Assembly: GCA_032718475.1 (NCBI GenBank)
Contig: JAUCBJ010002550.1
Coordinates: 1 to 64,000, forward strand
From: Nemertoderma westbladi
Taxonomy: Eukaryota; Animalia; Xenacoelomorpha
Direction of reading: 5' to 3'
DNA: 64,000 nucleotides
How positions within the stretch are numbered: position 1 is the first letter of the stretch; every line of letters begins with the position of its first letter. The position numbers were made by a program, and so were the translations under genes. The notes below the pieces were generated by a model. It was not told where the DNA came from, ran no database searches, and was given only the letters and a program-made list of their open reading frames with translations. Positions 1 to 14,600 of this stretch are shown piece by piece.

Positions 1-3000
1 TACTATAATACATCCTGTAGTTACCACGTAGAGCCTATACTATACTATAATACATCCTGTAGTTACCACGTAGAACGAACCCGTACTATAATACATCCTG
101 TAGTTACCACGTAGAACGAACCTGTACTATAATACATCCTGTAGTTACCACGTAGAGCCTATACTATAATACATCCTGTAGTTACCACGTAGAGCCTATA
201 CTATAATACATCCTGTAGTTACCACGTAGAACGAACCTATACTATAATACATCCTGTAGTTACCACGTAGAACGAACCTGTACTATAATACATCCTGTAG
301 TTACCACGTAGAACGAACCTGTACTATAATACATCCTGTAGTTACCACGTAGAACGAACCTGTACTATAATACATCCTGTAGTTACCACGTAGAACGAAC
401 CTGTACTATAATACATCCTGTAGTTACCACGTAGAACGAACCCGTACTATAATACATCCTGTAGTTACCACGTAGAACGAACCTGTACTATAATACATCC
501 TGTAGTTACCACGTAGAACCTATACTATAATACATCCTGTAGTTACCACGTAGAGCCTATACTATAATACATCCTGTAGTTACCACGTAGAGCCTATACT
601 ATAATACATCCTGTAGTTACCACGTAGAACGAACCTGTACTATAATACATCCTGTAGTTACCACGTAGAACGAACCTGTACTATAATACATCCTGTAGTT
701 ACCACGTAGAACCTATACTATACTATAATACATCCTGTAGTTACCACGTAGAACGAACCTGTACTATAATACATCCTGTAGTTACCACGTAGAGCCTATA
801 CTATAATACATCCTGTAGTTACCACGTAGAACGAACCCGTACTATAATACATCCTGTAGTTACCACGTAGAACCTATACTATACTATAATACATCCTGTA
901 GTTACCACGTAGAACGAACCCGTACTATAATATAATACATCCTGTAGTTACCACGTAGAACGAACCCGTACTATAATACATCCTGTAGTTACCACGTAGA
1001 ACGAACCTGTACTATAATACATCCTGTAGTTACCACGTAGAGCCTATACTATAATACATCCTGTAGTTACCACGTAGAGCCTATACTATAATACATCCTG
1101 TAGTTACCACGTAGAGCCTATACTATAATACATCCTGTAGTTACCACGTAGAGCCTATACTATAATACATCCTGTAGTTACCACGTAGAGCCTATACTAT
1201 AATACATCCTGTAGTTACCACGTAGAACGAACCTGTACTATAATACATCCTGTAGTTACCACGTAGAACGAACCTGTACTATAATACATCCTGTAGTTAC
1301 CACGTAGAACCTATACTATACTATAATACATCCTGTAGTTACCACGTAGAACGAACCTGTACTATAATACATCCTGTAGTTACCACGTAGAGCCTATACT
1401 ATACTATAATACATCCTGTAGTTACCACGTAGAACGAACCTGTACTATAATACATCCTGTAGTTACCACGTAGAGCCTATACTATAATACATCCTGTAGT
1501 TACCACGTAGAGCCTATACTATAATACATCCTGTAGTTACCACGTAGAGCCTATACTATAATACATCCTGTAGTTACCACGTAGAACCTATACTATACTA
1601 TAATACATCCTGTAGTTACCACGTAGAACCTATACTATACTATAATACATCCTGTAGTTACCACGTAGAACCTATACTATACTATAATACATCCTGTAGT
1701 TACCACGTAGAGCCTATACTATACTATAATACATCCTGTAGTTACCACGTAGAACCTATACTATACTATAATACATCCTGTAGTTACCACGTAGAGCCTA
1801 TACTATAATACATCCTGTAGTTACCACGTAGAACGAACCCGTACTATAATACATCCTGTAGTTACCACGTAGAACCTATACTATACTATAATACATCCTG
1901 TAGTTACCACGTAGAACGAACCCGTACTATAATACATCCTGTAGTTACCACGTAGAGCCTATACTATACTATAATACATCCTGTAGTTACCACGTAGAAC
2001 CTATACTATACTATAATACATCCTGTAGTTACCACGTAGAGCCTATACTATACTATAATACATCCTGTAGTTACCACGTAGAGCCTATACTATACTATAA
2101 TACATCCTGTAGTTACCACGTAGAACGAACCCGTACTATAATACATCCTGTAGTTACCACGTAGAGCCTATACTATAATACATCCTGTAGTTACCACGTA
2201 GAACGAACCCGTACTATAATACATCCTGTAGTTACCACGTAGAACGAACCTATACTATAATACATCCTGTAGTTACCACGTAGAACCTATACTATAATAC
2301 ATCCTGTAGTTACCACGTAGAACGAACCCGTACTATAATACATCCTGTAGTTACCACGTAGAGCCTATACTATAATACATCCTGTAGTTACCACGTAGAA
2401 CGAACCCGTACTATAATACATCCTGTAGTTACCACGTAGAGCCTATACTATACTATAATACATCCTGTAGTTACCACGTAGAACGAACCCGTACTATAAT
2501 ACATCCTGTAGTTACCACGTAGAGCCTATACTATACTATATACATCCTGTAGTTACCACGTAGAGCCTATACTATACTATAATACATCCTGTAGTTACCA
2601 CGTAGAGCCTATACTATACTATAATACATCCTGTAGTTACCACGTAGAGCCTATACTATACTATAATACATCCTGTAGTTACCACGTAGAACGAACCTAT
2701 ACTATAATACATCCTGTAGTTACCACGTAGAGCCTATACTATAATACATCCTGTAGTTACCACGTAGAGCCTCATACTATAATACATCCTGTAGTTACCA
2801 CGTAGAGCCTCATACTATAATACATCCTGTAGTTACCACGTAGAGCCCTATACTATAATACATCCTGTAGTTACCACGTAGAGCCTATACTATAATACAT
2901 CCTGTAGTTACCACGTAGAGCCTATACTATACTATAATACATCCTGTAGTTACCACGTAGAGCCTATACTATACTATAATACATCCTGTAGTTACCACGT

Positions 3001-6000
3001 AGAGCCTATACTATACTATAATACATCCTGTAGTTACCACGTAGAGCCTATACTATACTATAATACATCCTGTAGTTACCACGTAGAGCCTATACTATAC
3101 TATAATACATCCTGTAGTTACCACGTAGAGCCTATACTATACTATAATACATCCTGTAGTTACCACGTAGAGCCTATACTATACTATAATACATCCTGTA
3201 GTTACCACGTAGAGCAACTATACTATAATACATCCTGTAGTTACCACGTAGAACGAACCTATACTATAATACATCCTGTAGTTACCACGTAGAGCCTATA
3301 CTATACTATATACATCCTGTAGTTACCACGTAGAGCCTATACTATACTATAATACATCCTGTAGTTACCACGTAGAGCCTATACTATAATACATCCTGTA
3401 GTTACCACGTAGAGCCTATACTATACTATAATACATCCTGTAGTTACCACGTAGAGCCTATACTATACTATAATACATCCTGTAGTTACCACGTAGAGCC
3501 TATACTATACTATAATACATCCTGTAGTTACCACGTAGAGCCTATACTATACTATAATACATCCTGTAGTTACCACGTAGAGCCTATACTATAATACATC
3601 CTGTAGTTACCACGTAGACCGAACCTATACTATAATACATCCTGTAGTTACCACGTAGAACGAACCTATACTATAATACATCCTGTAGTTACCACGTAGA
3701 GCCTATACTATACTATAATACATCCTGTAGTTACCACGTAGAGACCTATACTATAATACATCCTGTAGTTACCACGTAGAGCCTATACTATACTATAATA
3801 CATCCTGTAGTTACCACGTAGAGCCTATACTATACTATAATACATCCTGTAGTTACCACGTAGAGCCTATACTATAATACATCCTGTAGTTACCACGTAG
3901 AACCGATACCTGTACTATAATACATCCTGTAGTTACCACGTAGAGCCTATACTATAATACATCCTGTAGTTACCACGTAGAGCCTATACTATACTATAAT
4001 ACATCCTGTAGTTACCACGTAGAACCTATACTATACTATAATACATCCTGTAGTTACCACGTAGAGCCTATACTATACTATAATACATCCTGTAGTTACC
4101 ACGTAGAGCCTATACTATAATACATCCTGTAGTTACCACGTAGAGCCTATACTATACTATAATACATCCTGTAGTTACCACGTAGAGCCTATACTATACT
4201 ATAATACATCCTGTAGTTACCACGTAGAACGAACCTATACTATAATACATCCTGTAGTTACCACGTAGAACGAACCTATACTATAATACATCCTGTAGTT
4301 ACCACGTAGAGCCTATACTATAATACATCCTGTAGTTACCACGTAGAACCTATACTATACTATAATACATCCTGTAGTTACCACGTAGAGCCTATACTAT
4401 AATACATCCTGTAGTTACCACGTAGAACGAACCTATACTATAATACATCCTGTAGTTACCACGTAGAACCTATACTATACTATAATACATCCTGTAGTTA
4501 CCACGTAGAACGAACCTATACTATAATACATCCTGTAGTTACCACGTAGAGCCTATACTATACTATAATACATCCTGTAGTTACCACGTAGAACGAACCT
4601 ATACTATAATACATCCTGTAGTTACCACGTAGAGCCTATACTATAATACATCCTGTAGTTACCACGTAGAGCCTATACTATAATACATCCTGTAGTTACC
4701 ACGTAGAGCCTATACTATACTATAATACATCCTGTAGTTACCACGTAGAGCCTATACTATACTATAATACATCCTGTAGTTACCACGTAGAGCCTATACT
4801 ATAATACATCCTGTAGTTACCACGTAGAGCCTATACTATAATACATCCTGTAGTTACCACGTAGAGCCTATACTATAATACATCCTGTAGTTACCACGTA
4901 GACCGATACCTATACTATAATACATCCTGTAGTTACCACGTAGAGCCTATACTATAATACATCCTGTAGTTACCACGTAGAGCCTATACTATAATACATC
5001 CTGTAGTTACCACGTAGAGCCTATACTATACTATAATACATCCTGTAGTTACCACGTAGAGCCTATACTATAATACATCCTGTAGTTACCACGTAGAACG
5101 AACCTGTACTATAATACATCCTGTAGTTACCACGTAGAACCTATACTATACTATAATACATCCTGTAGTTACCACGTAGAGCCTATACTATACTATAATA
5201 CATCCTGTAGTTACCACGTAGAACCTATACTATAATACATCCTGTAGTTACCACGTAGAGCCTTCTATACTATAATACATCCTGTAGTTACCACGTAGAA
5301 CGAACCTATACTATAATACATCCTGTAGTTACCACGTAGAGCCTATACTATAATACATCCTGTAGTTACCACGTAGAGCCTATACTATACTATAATACAT
5401 CCTGTAGTTACCACGTAGAGCCTATACTATAATACATCCTGTAGTTACCACGTAGAGACCTATACTATACTATAATACATCCTGTAGTTACCACGTAGAG
5501 CCTATACTATAATACATCCTGTAGTTACCACGTAGAACGAACCTATACTATAATACATCCTGTAGTTACCACGTAGAACGAACCTATACTATAATACATC
5601 CTGTAGTTACCACGTAGAGACCTATACTATAATACATCCTGTAGTTACCACGTAGAACGAACCCGTACTATAATACATCCTGTAGTTACCACGTAGAACG
5701 AACCTATACTATAATACATCCTGTAGTTACCACGTAGAACGAACCCGTACTATAATACATCCTGTAGTTACCACGTAGAACGAACCCGTACTATAATACA
5801 TCCTGTAGTTACCACGTAGAACCTATACTATAATACATCCTGTAGTTACCACGTAGAGCCTATACTATACTATAATACATCCTGTAGTTACCACGTAGAG
5901 CCTATACTATACTATAATACATCCTGTAGTTACCACGTAGAGCCTATACTATACTATAATACATCCTGTAGTTACCACGTAGAACGAACCTATACTATAA

Positions 6001-6863
6001 TACATCCTGTAGTTACCACGTAGAACGAACCTATACTATAATACATCCTGTAGTTACCACGTAGAGCAACTATACTATAATACATCCTGTAGTTACCACG
6101 TAGAACGAACCTATACTATAATACATCCTGTAGTTACCACGTAGAACCTATACTATAATACATCCTGTAGTTACCACGTAGAGCCTATACTATACTATAA
6201 TACATCCTGTAGTTACCACGTAGAGCCTATACTATAATACATCCTGTAGTTACCACGTAGAGCCTATACTATACTATAATACATCCTGTAGTTACCACGT
6301 AGAGCCTATACTATACTATAATACATCCTGTAGTTACCACGTAGACGAACCTATACTATAATACATCCTGTAGTTACCACGTAGAACGAACCTATACTAT
6401 AATACATCCTGTAGTTACCACGTAGAGCCTATACTATACTATAATACATCCTGTAGTTACCACGTAGAGCCTATACTATACTATAATACATCCTGTAGTT
6501 ACCACGTAGAGCCTATACTATACTATAATACATCCTGTAGTTACCACGTAGAGCCTATACTATACTATAATACACCCTGTAGTTACCACGTAGAGCCTAT
6601 ACTATACTATAATACATCCTGTAGTTACCACGTAGAACGAACCTATACTATAATACATCCTGTAGTTACCACGTAGAACCTATACTATACTATAATACAT
6701 CCTGTAGTTACCACGTAGAGCCTATACTATACTATAATACACCCTGTAGTTACCACGTAGAACCTATCTATACTATAATACATCCTGTAGTTACCACGTA
6801 GAACGAACCTATACTATAATACATCCTGTAGTTACCACGTAGAACGAACCTATACTATAATAC
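1..6863. repeat. Satellite DNA, 37/41/42-bp monomers (left block)
   Basis: Near-invariant 31-bp core ACTATAATACATCCTGTAGTTACCACGTAGA followed by a short linker drawn mainly from GCCTAT, GCCTATACTAT, ACCTAT, ACCTATACTAT, ACGAACCTGT, ACGAACCTAT, ACGAACCCGT. The array runs off the left edge of the window. Confidence 0.99.
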
Positions 6864-8621
6864 TACTAGTACTACTACTACTACTAGGATCGGCATGCTG
6901 CATTGCAGCTGCATTTTTAAAAATGCTGTGCCGGCTTGTCAACAAAATTGCACCGCCACAACTCCCTATCACCCATGACATTTGCTAGATCATCCGCATC
7001 TTTAAGGCCAGTGTCCTTTAAGATGCGTCTCAAGAAAGTCATGGGCTGTCCACCATGCTTATTCACTCCATGAGGCTGCCAAAGTACAAGATTATGCACT
7101 GGCTGGTCCTCACGGCGAAAGCAATGTCCTGCAAAGCGGAGGCGATTTTGTTCTAGTGTCAAGCTTGGGGGAACCAATGAGACACCTCCAATGTTATATA
7201 GTGTCTGGTTGGAGATGTGTGCATTGTACTTGACACAATGTACCCGGCGTAGCATTCTTGTGAATGTGCCATCCAGAGATTTGGTGTCCTCAGCAGTTAG
7301 AGCCCAGCATGGACTCCCGTAGAGGAGTACTGGAACTACTGCTGCTCTGAATAATCGGACCTTAAGTTTCCGATTAATTCTAGGTGACTTCCAAATCCTG
7401 GAAAGCCTATTCAAGGCTGCCCATGCCTTTCCCTTACGTATTCGAAGGTCCTCACCTGACTTCCGGATCCATGATCCCAGGTAACAGAAGTCGTCCACAT
7501 GCTCAAGCATACCATCCTTTGAGCTTATGCTCATCCGATCGGAGACTTGCTGAGGACTTTCAAAGTTAACTGTCAGAATTTTGGTCTTTCTGGAGTTAAT
7601 AAAAAGACCAACACTAGAAGCAGCATGTTCTAATGAGCTGAGGAGCCGCTGGGCTCCCTCTAATGATTCTGAGAGTACTCCTAAGTCATCAGCAAAGTCT
7701 AGATCAGTTAGGTACTTGGCAGGATTTCCTCGACTTCTGGAGCCAGTAGGTGGAGTTATCATCACCCCATCATCATTATGATGATCTAAGGACATGCGTA
7801 GAACATAGTCAACCACAATAATGAACAAGAATGGTGCAAGTGTGTCTCCTTGGAGGACGCCCCATAACACTTCAAATGGTTCTGTGTCACCATCAACAGT
7901 AGACACAAATGTTGTCGAACCATCGTATACTGATCTGATTGCTGCAATAATTTCATCAGGAATCCCATATAATGAAAGTATGCTGAACATACGTGAGCGA
8001 GAGACTGAATCAAAGGCCTTGAAGAAGTCAACAAAGATAACAGCCAGATGCCTGTCTTTCTTTTTTGATAACTCTTCAATTATCCTTCTAAGTGCCAAAA
8101 TGGGCTCCATGGTCCCACGACCTTTACGGAACCCATTCTGATTTCCACGTAGCAGTCTCTCAATGGGATCCCTGATGCGATTTAATAGAATTCTATTGTA
8201 TAGTTTTGCAGCAATCGAGATCAATGAGATTCCCCGAAAAGAACCATAGAGTGTTAGGTTGCCCTTCTTGGGAACTGGCACCAACTTATTTGTTTTCATT
8301 TCTTGTGGGACTCTTGTTGTACGGTACATGTCTACTATGATGGGATAGATGAGCTTTAAACACTCAGGTATTTTAAAGACCTCAGGGGGAACACCATCTA
8401 CTCCACTGGCACGATTGGTCTTAATGCTCTTTGCAGCAGCCTTCACTTCTGCAAAGGAGATATCGCCAATGGGAATATCTGGGAGTACAGACTCAGACAC
8501 TTTTACTTCTATAAAGTTATCAGGCAATACCCTGTCATTATTGAGGAGCTTTTCAAAGTGGGCTTTCCAACCATTGAGGCGATCGGCTGGTGATTCAGCC
8601 TTAACCTTGGTGGTTGGTTGG
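6864..8621 (-). mobile_element. 5'-truncated RTE-clade non-LTR retrotransposon inserted in the satellite
   Basis: RT ORF, short 3' UTR and (TAG)n tail at about 6864-6887. A 14-bp TSD CTATACTATAATAC lies at 6850-6863 and 8622-8635. Confidence 0.93.
6917..8620 (-). CDS. Reverse transcriptase of the RTE LINE (endonuclease domain lost to truncation)
   Basis: The frame stays open back to the truncation point (QPTTKV...WKAHFEKLLN). Motifs: FRGISL, NQNGFRKGR, FVDFFKAFDSV, GVLQGDTLAPFLF, DLDFADDL, FCYLGS, LLYGS..W, RLRFAGH. Confidence 0.93.
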   Translation of the reverse strand, partial: QPTTKVKAESPADRLNGWKAHFEKLLNNDRVLPDNFIEVKVSESVLPDIPIGDISFAEVKAAAKSIKTNRASGVDGVPPEVFKIPECLKLIYPIIVDMYRTTRVPQEMKTNKLVPVPKKGNLTLYGSFRGISLISIAAKLYNRILLNRIRDPIERLLRGNQNGFRKGRGTMEPILALRRIIEELSKKKDRHLAVIFVDFFKAFDSVSRSRMFSILSLYGIPDEIIAAIRSVYDGSTTFVSTVDGDTEPFEVLWGVLQGDTLAPFLFIIVVDYVLRMSLDHHNDDGVMITPPTGSRSRGNPAKYLTDLDFADDLGVLSESLEGAQRLLSSLEHAASSVGLFINSRKTKILTVNFESPQQVSDRMSISSKDGMLEHVDDFCYLGSWIRKSGEDLRIRKGKAWAALNRLSRIWKSPRINRKLKVRLFRAAVVPVLLYGSPCWALTAEDTKSLDGTFTRMLRRVHCVKYNAHISNQTLYNIGGVSLVPPSLTLEQNRLRFAGHCFRREDQPVHNLVLWQPHGVNKHGGQPMTFLRRILKDTGLKDADDLANVMGDRELWRCNFVDKPAQHF

Positions 8622-11600
8622 CTATACTATAATACATCCTGTAGTTACCACGTAGAACCTATACTATACTATAATACATCCTGTAGTTACCACGTAGAAC
8701 GAACCCGTACTATAATACATCCTGTAGTTACCACGTAGAACGAACCTATACTATAATACATCCTGTAGTTACCACGTAGAGCCTATACTATACTATAATA
8801 CATCCTGTAGTTACCACGTAGAGCCTATACTATACTATAATACATCCTGTAGTTACCACGTAGAGCCTATACTATACTATAATACATCCTGTAGTTACCA
8901 CGTAGAACGAACCTATACTATAATACATCCTGTAGTTACCACGTAGAGCCTATACTATACTATAATACATCCTGTAGTTACCACGTAGAGCCTATACTAT
9001 ACTATAATACATCCTGTAGTTACCACGTAGAGCCTATACTATACTATAATACATCCTGTAGTTACCACGTAGAACGAACCTATACTATAATACATCCTGT
9101 AGTTACCACGTAGAACGAACCTGTACTATAATACATCCTGTAGTTACCACGTAGAACGAACCTATACTATAATACATCCTGTAGTTACCACGTAGAGCCT
9201 ATACTATAATACATCCTGTAGTTACCACGTAGAACGAACCTGTACTATAATACATCCTGTAGTTACCACGTAGAACCCTATACTATAATACATCCTGTAG
9301 TTACCACGTAGAACGAACCTGTACTATAATACATCCTGTAGTTACCACGTAGAGCCTATACTATAATACATCCTGTAGTTACCACGTAGAACCTATACTA
9401 TACTATAATACATCCTGTAGTTACCACGTAGAGCCTATACTATACTATAATACATCCTGTAGTTACCACGTAGAGCCTATACTATACTATAATACATCCT
9501 GTAGTTACCACGTAGAGCCTATACTATACTATAATACATCCTGTAGTTACCACGTAGAGCCTATACTATACTATAATACATCCTGTAGTTACCACGTAGA
9601 GCCTATACTATACTATAATACATCCTGTAGTTACCACGTAGAACCTATACTATAATACATCCTGTAGTTACCACGTAGAACGAACCTATACTATAATACA
9701 TCCTGTAGTTACCACGTAGAGCCTATACTATACTATAATACATCCTGTAGTTACCACGTAGAGCCTATACTATACTATAATACATCCTGTAGTTACCACG
9801 TAGAGCCTATACTATACTATAATACATCCTGTAGTTACCACGTAGAACGAACCTGTACTATAATACATCCTGTAGTTACCACGTAGAACGAACCTGTACT
9901 ATAATACATCCTGTAGTTACCACGTAGAGCCTATACTATACTATAATACATCCTGTAGTTACCACGTAGAGCCTATACTATACTATAATACATCCTGTAG
10001 TTACCACGTAGAGCCTATACTATACTATAATACATCCTGTAGTTACCACGTAGAACGAACCTGTACTATAATACATCCTGTAGTTACCACGTAGAACGAA
10101 CCTGTACTATAATACATCCTGTAGTTACCACGTAGAACGAACCTGTACTATAATACATCCTGTAGTTACCACGTAGAGCCTATACTATACTATAATACAT
10201 CCTGTAGTTACCACGTAGAGCCTATACTATACTATAATACATCCTGTAGTTACCACGTAGAGCCTATACTATACTATAATACATCCTGTAGTTACCACGT
10301 AGAACGAACCTGTACTATAATACATCCTGTAGTTACCACGTAGAACGAACCTGTACTATAATACATCCTGTAGTTACCACGTAGAACGAACCTGTACTAT
10401 AATACATCCTGTAGTTACCACGTAGAGCCTATACTATACTATAATACATCCTGTAGTTACCACGTAGAACGAACCTGTACTATAATACATCCTGTAGTTA
10501 CCACGTAGAACCTATACTATACTATAATACATCCTGTAGTTACCACGTAGAACGAACCTATACTATAATACATCCTGTAGTTACCACGTAGAGCCTATAC
10601 TATACTATAATACATCCTGTAGTTACCACGTAGAACCTATACTATAATACATCCTGTAGTTACCACGTAGAACCTATACTATACTATAATACATCCTGTA
10701 GTTACCACGTAGAGCCTATACTATACTATAATACATCCTGTAGTTACCACGTAGAACGAACCTGTACTATAATACATCCTGTAGTTACCACGTAGAACGA
10801 ACCTGTACTATAATACATCCTGTAGTTACCACGTAGAACCTATACTATACTATAATACATCCTGTAGTTACCACGTAGAACCTATACTATACTATAATAC
10901 ATCCTGTAGTTACCACGTAGAACGAACCTGTACTATAATACATCCTGTAGTTACCACGTAGAACGAACCTGTACTATAATACATCCTGTAGTTACCACGT
11001 AGAGCGAACCTGTACTATAATACATCCTGTAGTTACCACGTAGAGCCTAACTATACTATAATACATCCTGTAGTTACCACGTAGAGCCTATACTATACTA
11101 TAATACATCCTGTAGTTACCACGTAGAGCCTATACTATACTATAATACATCCTGTAGTTACCACGTAGAACGAACCTGTACTATAATACATCCTGTAGTT
11201 ACCACGTAGAGCCTATACTATACTATAATACATCCTGTAGTTACCACGTAGAGCCTATACTATACTATAATACATCCTGTAGTTACCACGTAGAACGAAC
11301 CTGTACTATAATACATCCTGTAGTTACCACGTAGAGCCTATACTATACTATAATACATCCTGTAGTTACCACGTAGAACGAACCTGTACTATAATACATC
11401 CTGTAGTTACCACGTAGAACCTATACTATACTATAATACATCCTGTAGTTACCACGTAGAGCCTATACTATACTATAATACATCCTGTAGTTACCACGTA
11501 GAACCTATACTATACTATAATACATCCTGTAGTTACCACGTAGAACGAACCTGTACTATAATACATCCTGTAGTTACCACGTAGAACCTATACTATACTA

Positions 11601-14600
11601 TAATACATCCTGTAGTTACCACGTAGAGCCTATACTATACTATAATACATCCTGTAGTTACCACGTAGAGCCTATACTATACTATAATACATCCTGTAGT
11701 TACCACGTAGAACAACTATACTATAATACATCCTGTAGTTACCACGTAGAACCTATACTATACTATAATACATCCTGTAGTTACCACGTAGAACCTATAC
11801 TATACTATAATACATCCTGTAGTTACCACGTAGAACGAACTATACTATAATACATCCTGTAGTTACCACGTAGAGCCTATACTATACTATAATACATCCT
11901 GTAGTTACCACGTAGAGCCTATACTATACTATAATACATCCTGTAGTTACCACGTAGAACGAACCTGTACTATAATACATCCTGTAGTTACCACGTAGAA
12001 CCTATACTATACTATAATACATCCTGTAGTTACCACGTAGAGCCTATACTATACTATAATACATCCTGTAGTTACCACGTAGAGCCTATACTATACTATA
12101 ATACATCCTGTAGTTACCACGTAGAGCCTATACTATACTATAATACATCCTGTAGTTACCACGTAGAGCCTATACTATACTATAATACATCCTGTAGTTA
12201 CCACGTAGAACGAACCTGTACTATAATACATCCTGTAGTTACCACGTAGAACCTATACTATACTATAATACATCCTGTAGTTACCACGTAGAGCCTATAC
12301 TATACTATAATACATCCTGTAGTTACCACGTAGAACGAACCTATACTATAATACATCCTGTAGTTACCACGTAGAGCCTATACTATACTATAATACATCC
12401 TGTAGTTACCACGTAGAGCCTATACTATACTATAATACATCCTGTAGTTACCACGTAGAACGAACCTATACTATAATACATCCTGTAGTTACCACGTAGA
12501 GCCTATACTATACTATAATACATCCTGTAGTTACCACGTAGACGAACCTATACTATAATACATCCTGTAGTTACCACGTAGAACGAACCTGTACTATAAT
12601 ACATCCTGTAGTTACCACGTAGAGCCTATACTATACTATAATACATCCTGTAGTTACCACGTAGAGCCTATACTATACTATAATACATCCTGTAGTTACC
12701 ACGTAGAACCTATACTATACTATAATACATCCTGTAGTTACCACGTAGAGCCTATACTATACTATAATACATCCTGTAGTTACCACGTAGAACGAACCTG
12801 TACTATAATACATCCTGTAGTTACCACGTAGAGCCTATACTATACTATAATACATCCTGTAGTTACCACGTAGAGCCTATACTATACTATAATACATCCT
12901 GTAGTTACCACGTAGAACGAACCTATACTATAATACATCCTGTAGTTACCACGTAGAGCCTATACTATACTATAATACATCCTGTAGTTACCACGTAGAA
13001 CGAACCTATACTATAATACATCCTGTAGTTACCACGTAGAACGAACCTATACTATAATACATCCTGTAGTTACCACGTAGAGCCTATACTATACTATAAT
13101 ACATCCTGTAGTTACCACGTAGAGCCTATACTATACTATAATACATCCTGTAGTTACCACGTAGAACCTATACTATACTATAATACATCCTGTAGTTACC
13201 ACGTAGAGCCTATACTATACTATAATACATCCTGTAGTTACCACGTAGAGCCTATACTATACTATAATACATCCTGTAGTTACCACGTAGAGCCTATACT
13301 ATACTATAATACATCCTGTAGTTACCACGTAGAACGAACCTGTACTATAATACATCCTGTAGTTACCACGTAGAGCCTATACTATACTATAATACATCCT
13401 GTAGTTACCACGTAGAACGAACCTATACTATAATACATCCTGTAGTTACCACGTAGAACGAACCTGTACTATAATACATCCTGTAGTTACCACGTAGACC
13501 GAACCTATACTATAATACATCCTGTAGTTACCACGTAGAGCCTATACTATACTATAATACATCCTGTAGTTACCACGTAGAACGAACCTGTACTATAATA
13601 CATCCTGTAGTTACCACGTAGAGCCTATACTATACTATAATACATCCTGTAGTTACCACGTAGAACGAACCTGTACTATAATACATCCTGTAGTTACCAC
13701 GTAGAGCCTATACTATACTATAATACATCCTGTAGTTACCACGTAGAACGAACCTATACTATAATACATCCTGTAGTTACCACGTAGAGCCTATACTATA
13801 CTATAATACATCCTGTAGTTACCACGTAGAGCCTATACTATACTATAATACATCCTGTAGTTACCACGTAGAGCCTATACTATACTATAATACATCCTGT
13901 AGTTACCACGTAGAACTAACTATACTATAATACATCCTGTAGTTACCACGTAGAGCCTATACTATACTATAATACATCCTGTAGTTACCACGTAGAGCCT
14001 ATACTATACTATAATACATCCTGTAGTTACCACGTAGAGCCTATACTATACTATAATACATCCTGTAGTTACCACGTAGAGCCTATACTATACTATAATA
14101 CATCCTGTAGTTACCACGTAGAGCCTATACTATAATACATCCTGTAGTTACCACGTAGAGCCTATACTATAATACATCCTGTAGTTACCACGTAGAACCT
14201 ATACTATAATACATCCTGTAGTTACCACGTAGAACCTATACTTACTATAATACATCCTGTAGTTACCACGTAGAGACCTATACTATAATACATCCTGTAG
14301 TTACCACGTAGAGCCTATACTATACTATAATACATCCTGTAGTTACCACGTAGAGCCTATACTATACTATAATACATCCTGTAGTTACCACGTAGAACGA
14401 ACCTGTACTATAATACATCCTGTAGTTACCACGTAGAGCCTATACTATACTATAATACATCCTGTAGTTACCACGTAGAGCCTATACTATACTATAATAC
14501 ATCCTGTAGTTACCACGTAGAGCCTATACTATACTATAATACATCCTGTAGTTACCACGTAGAACGAACTATACTATAATACATCCTGTAGTTACCACGT

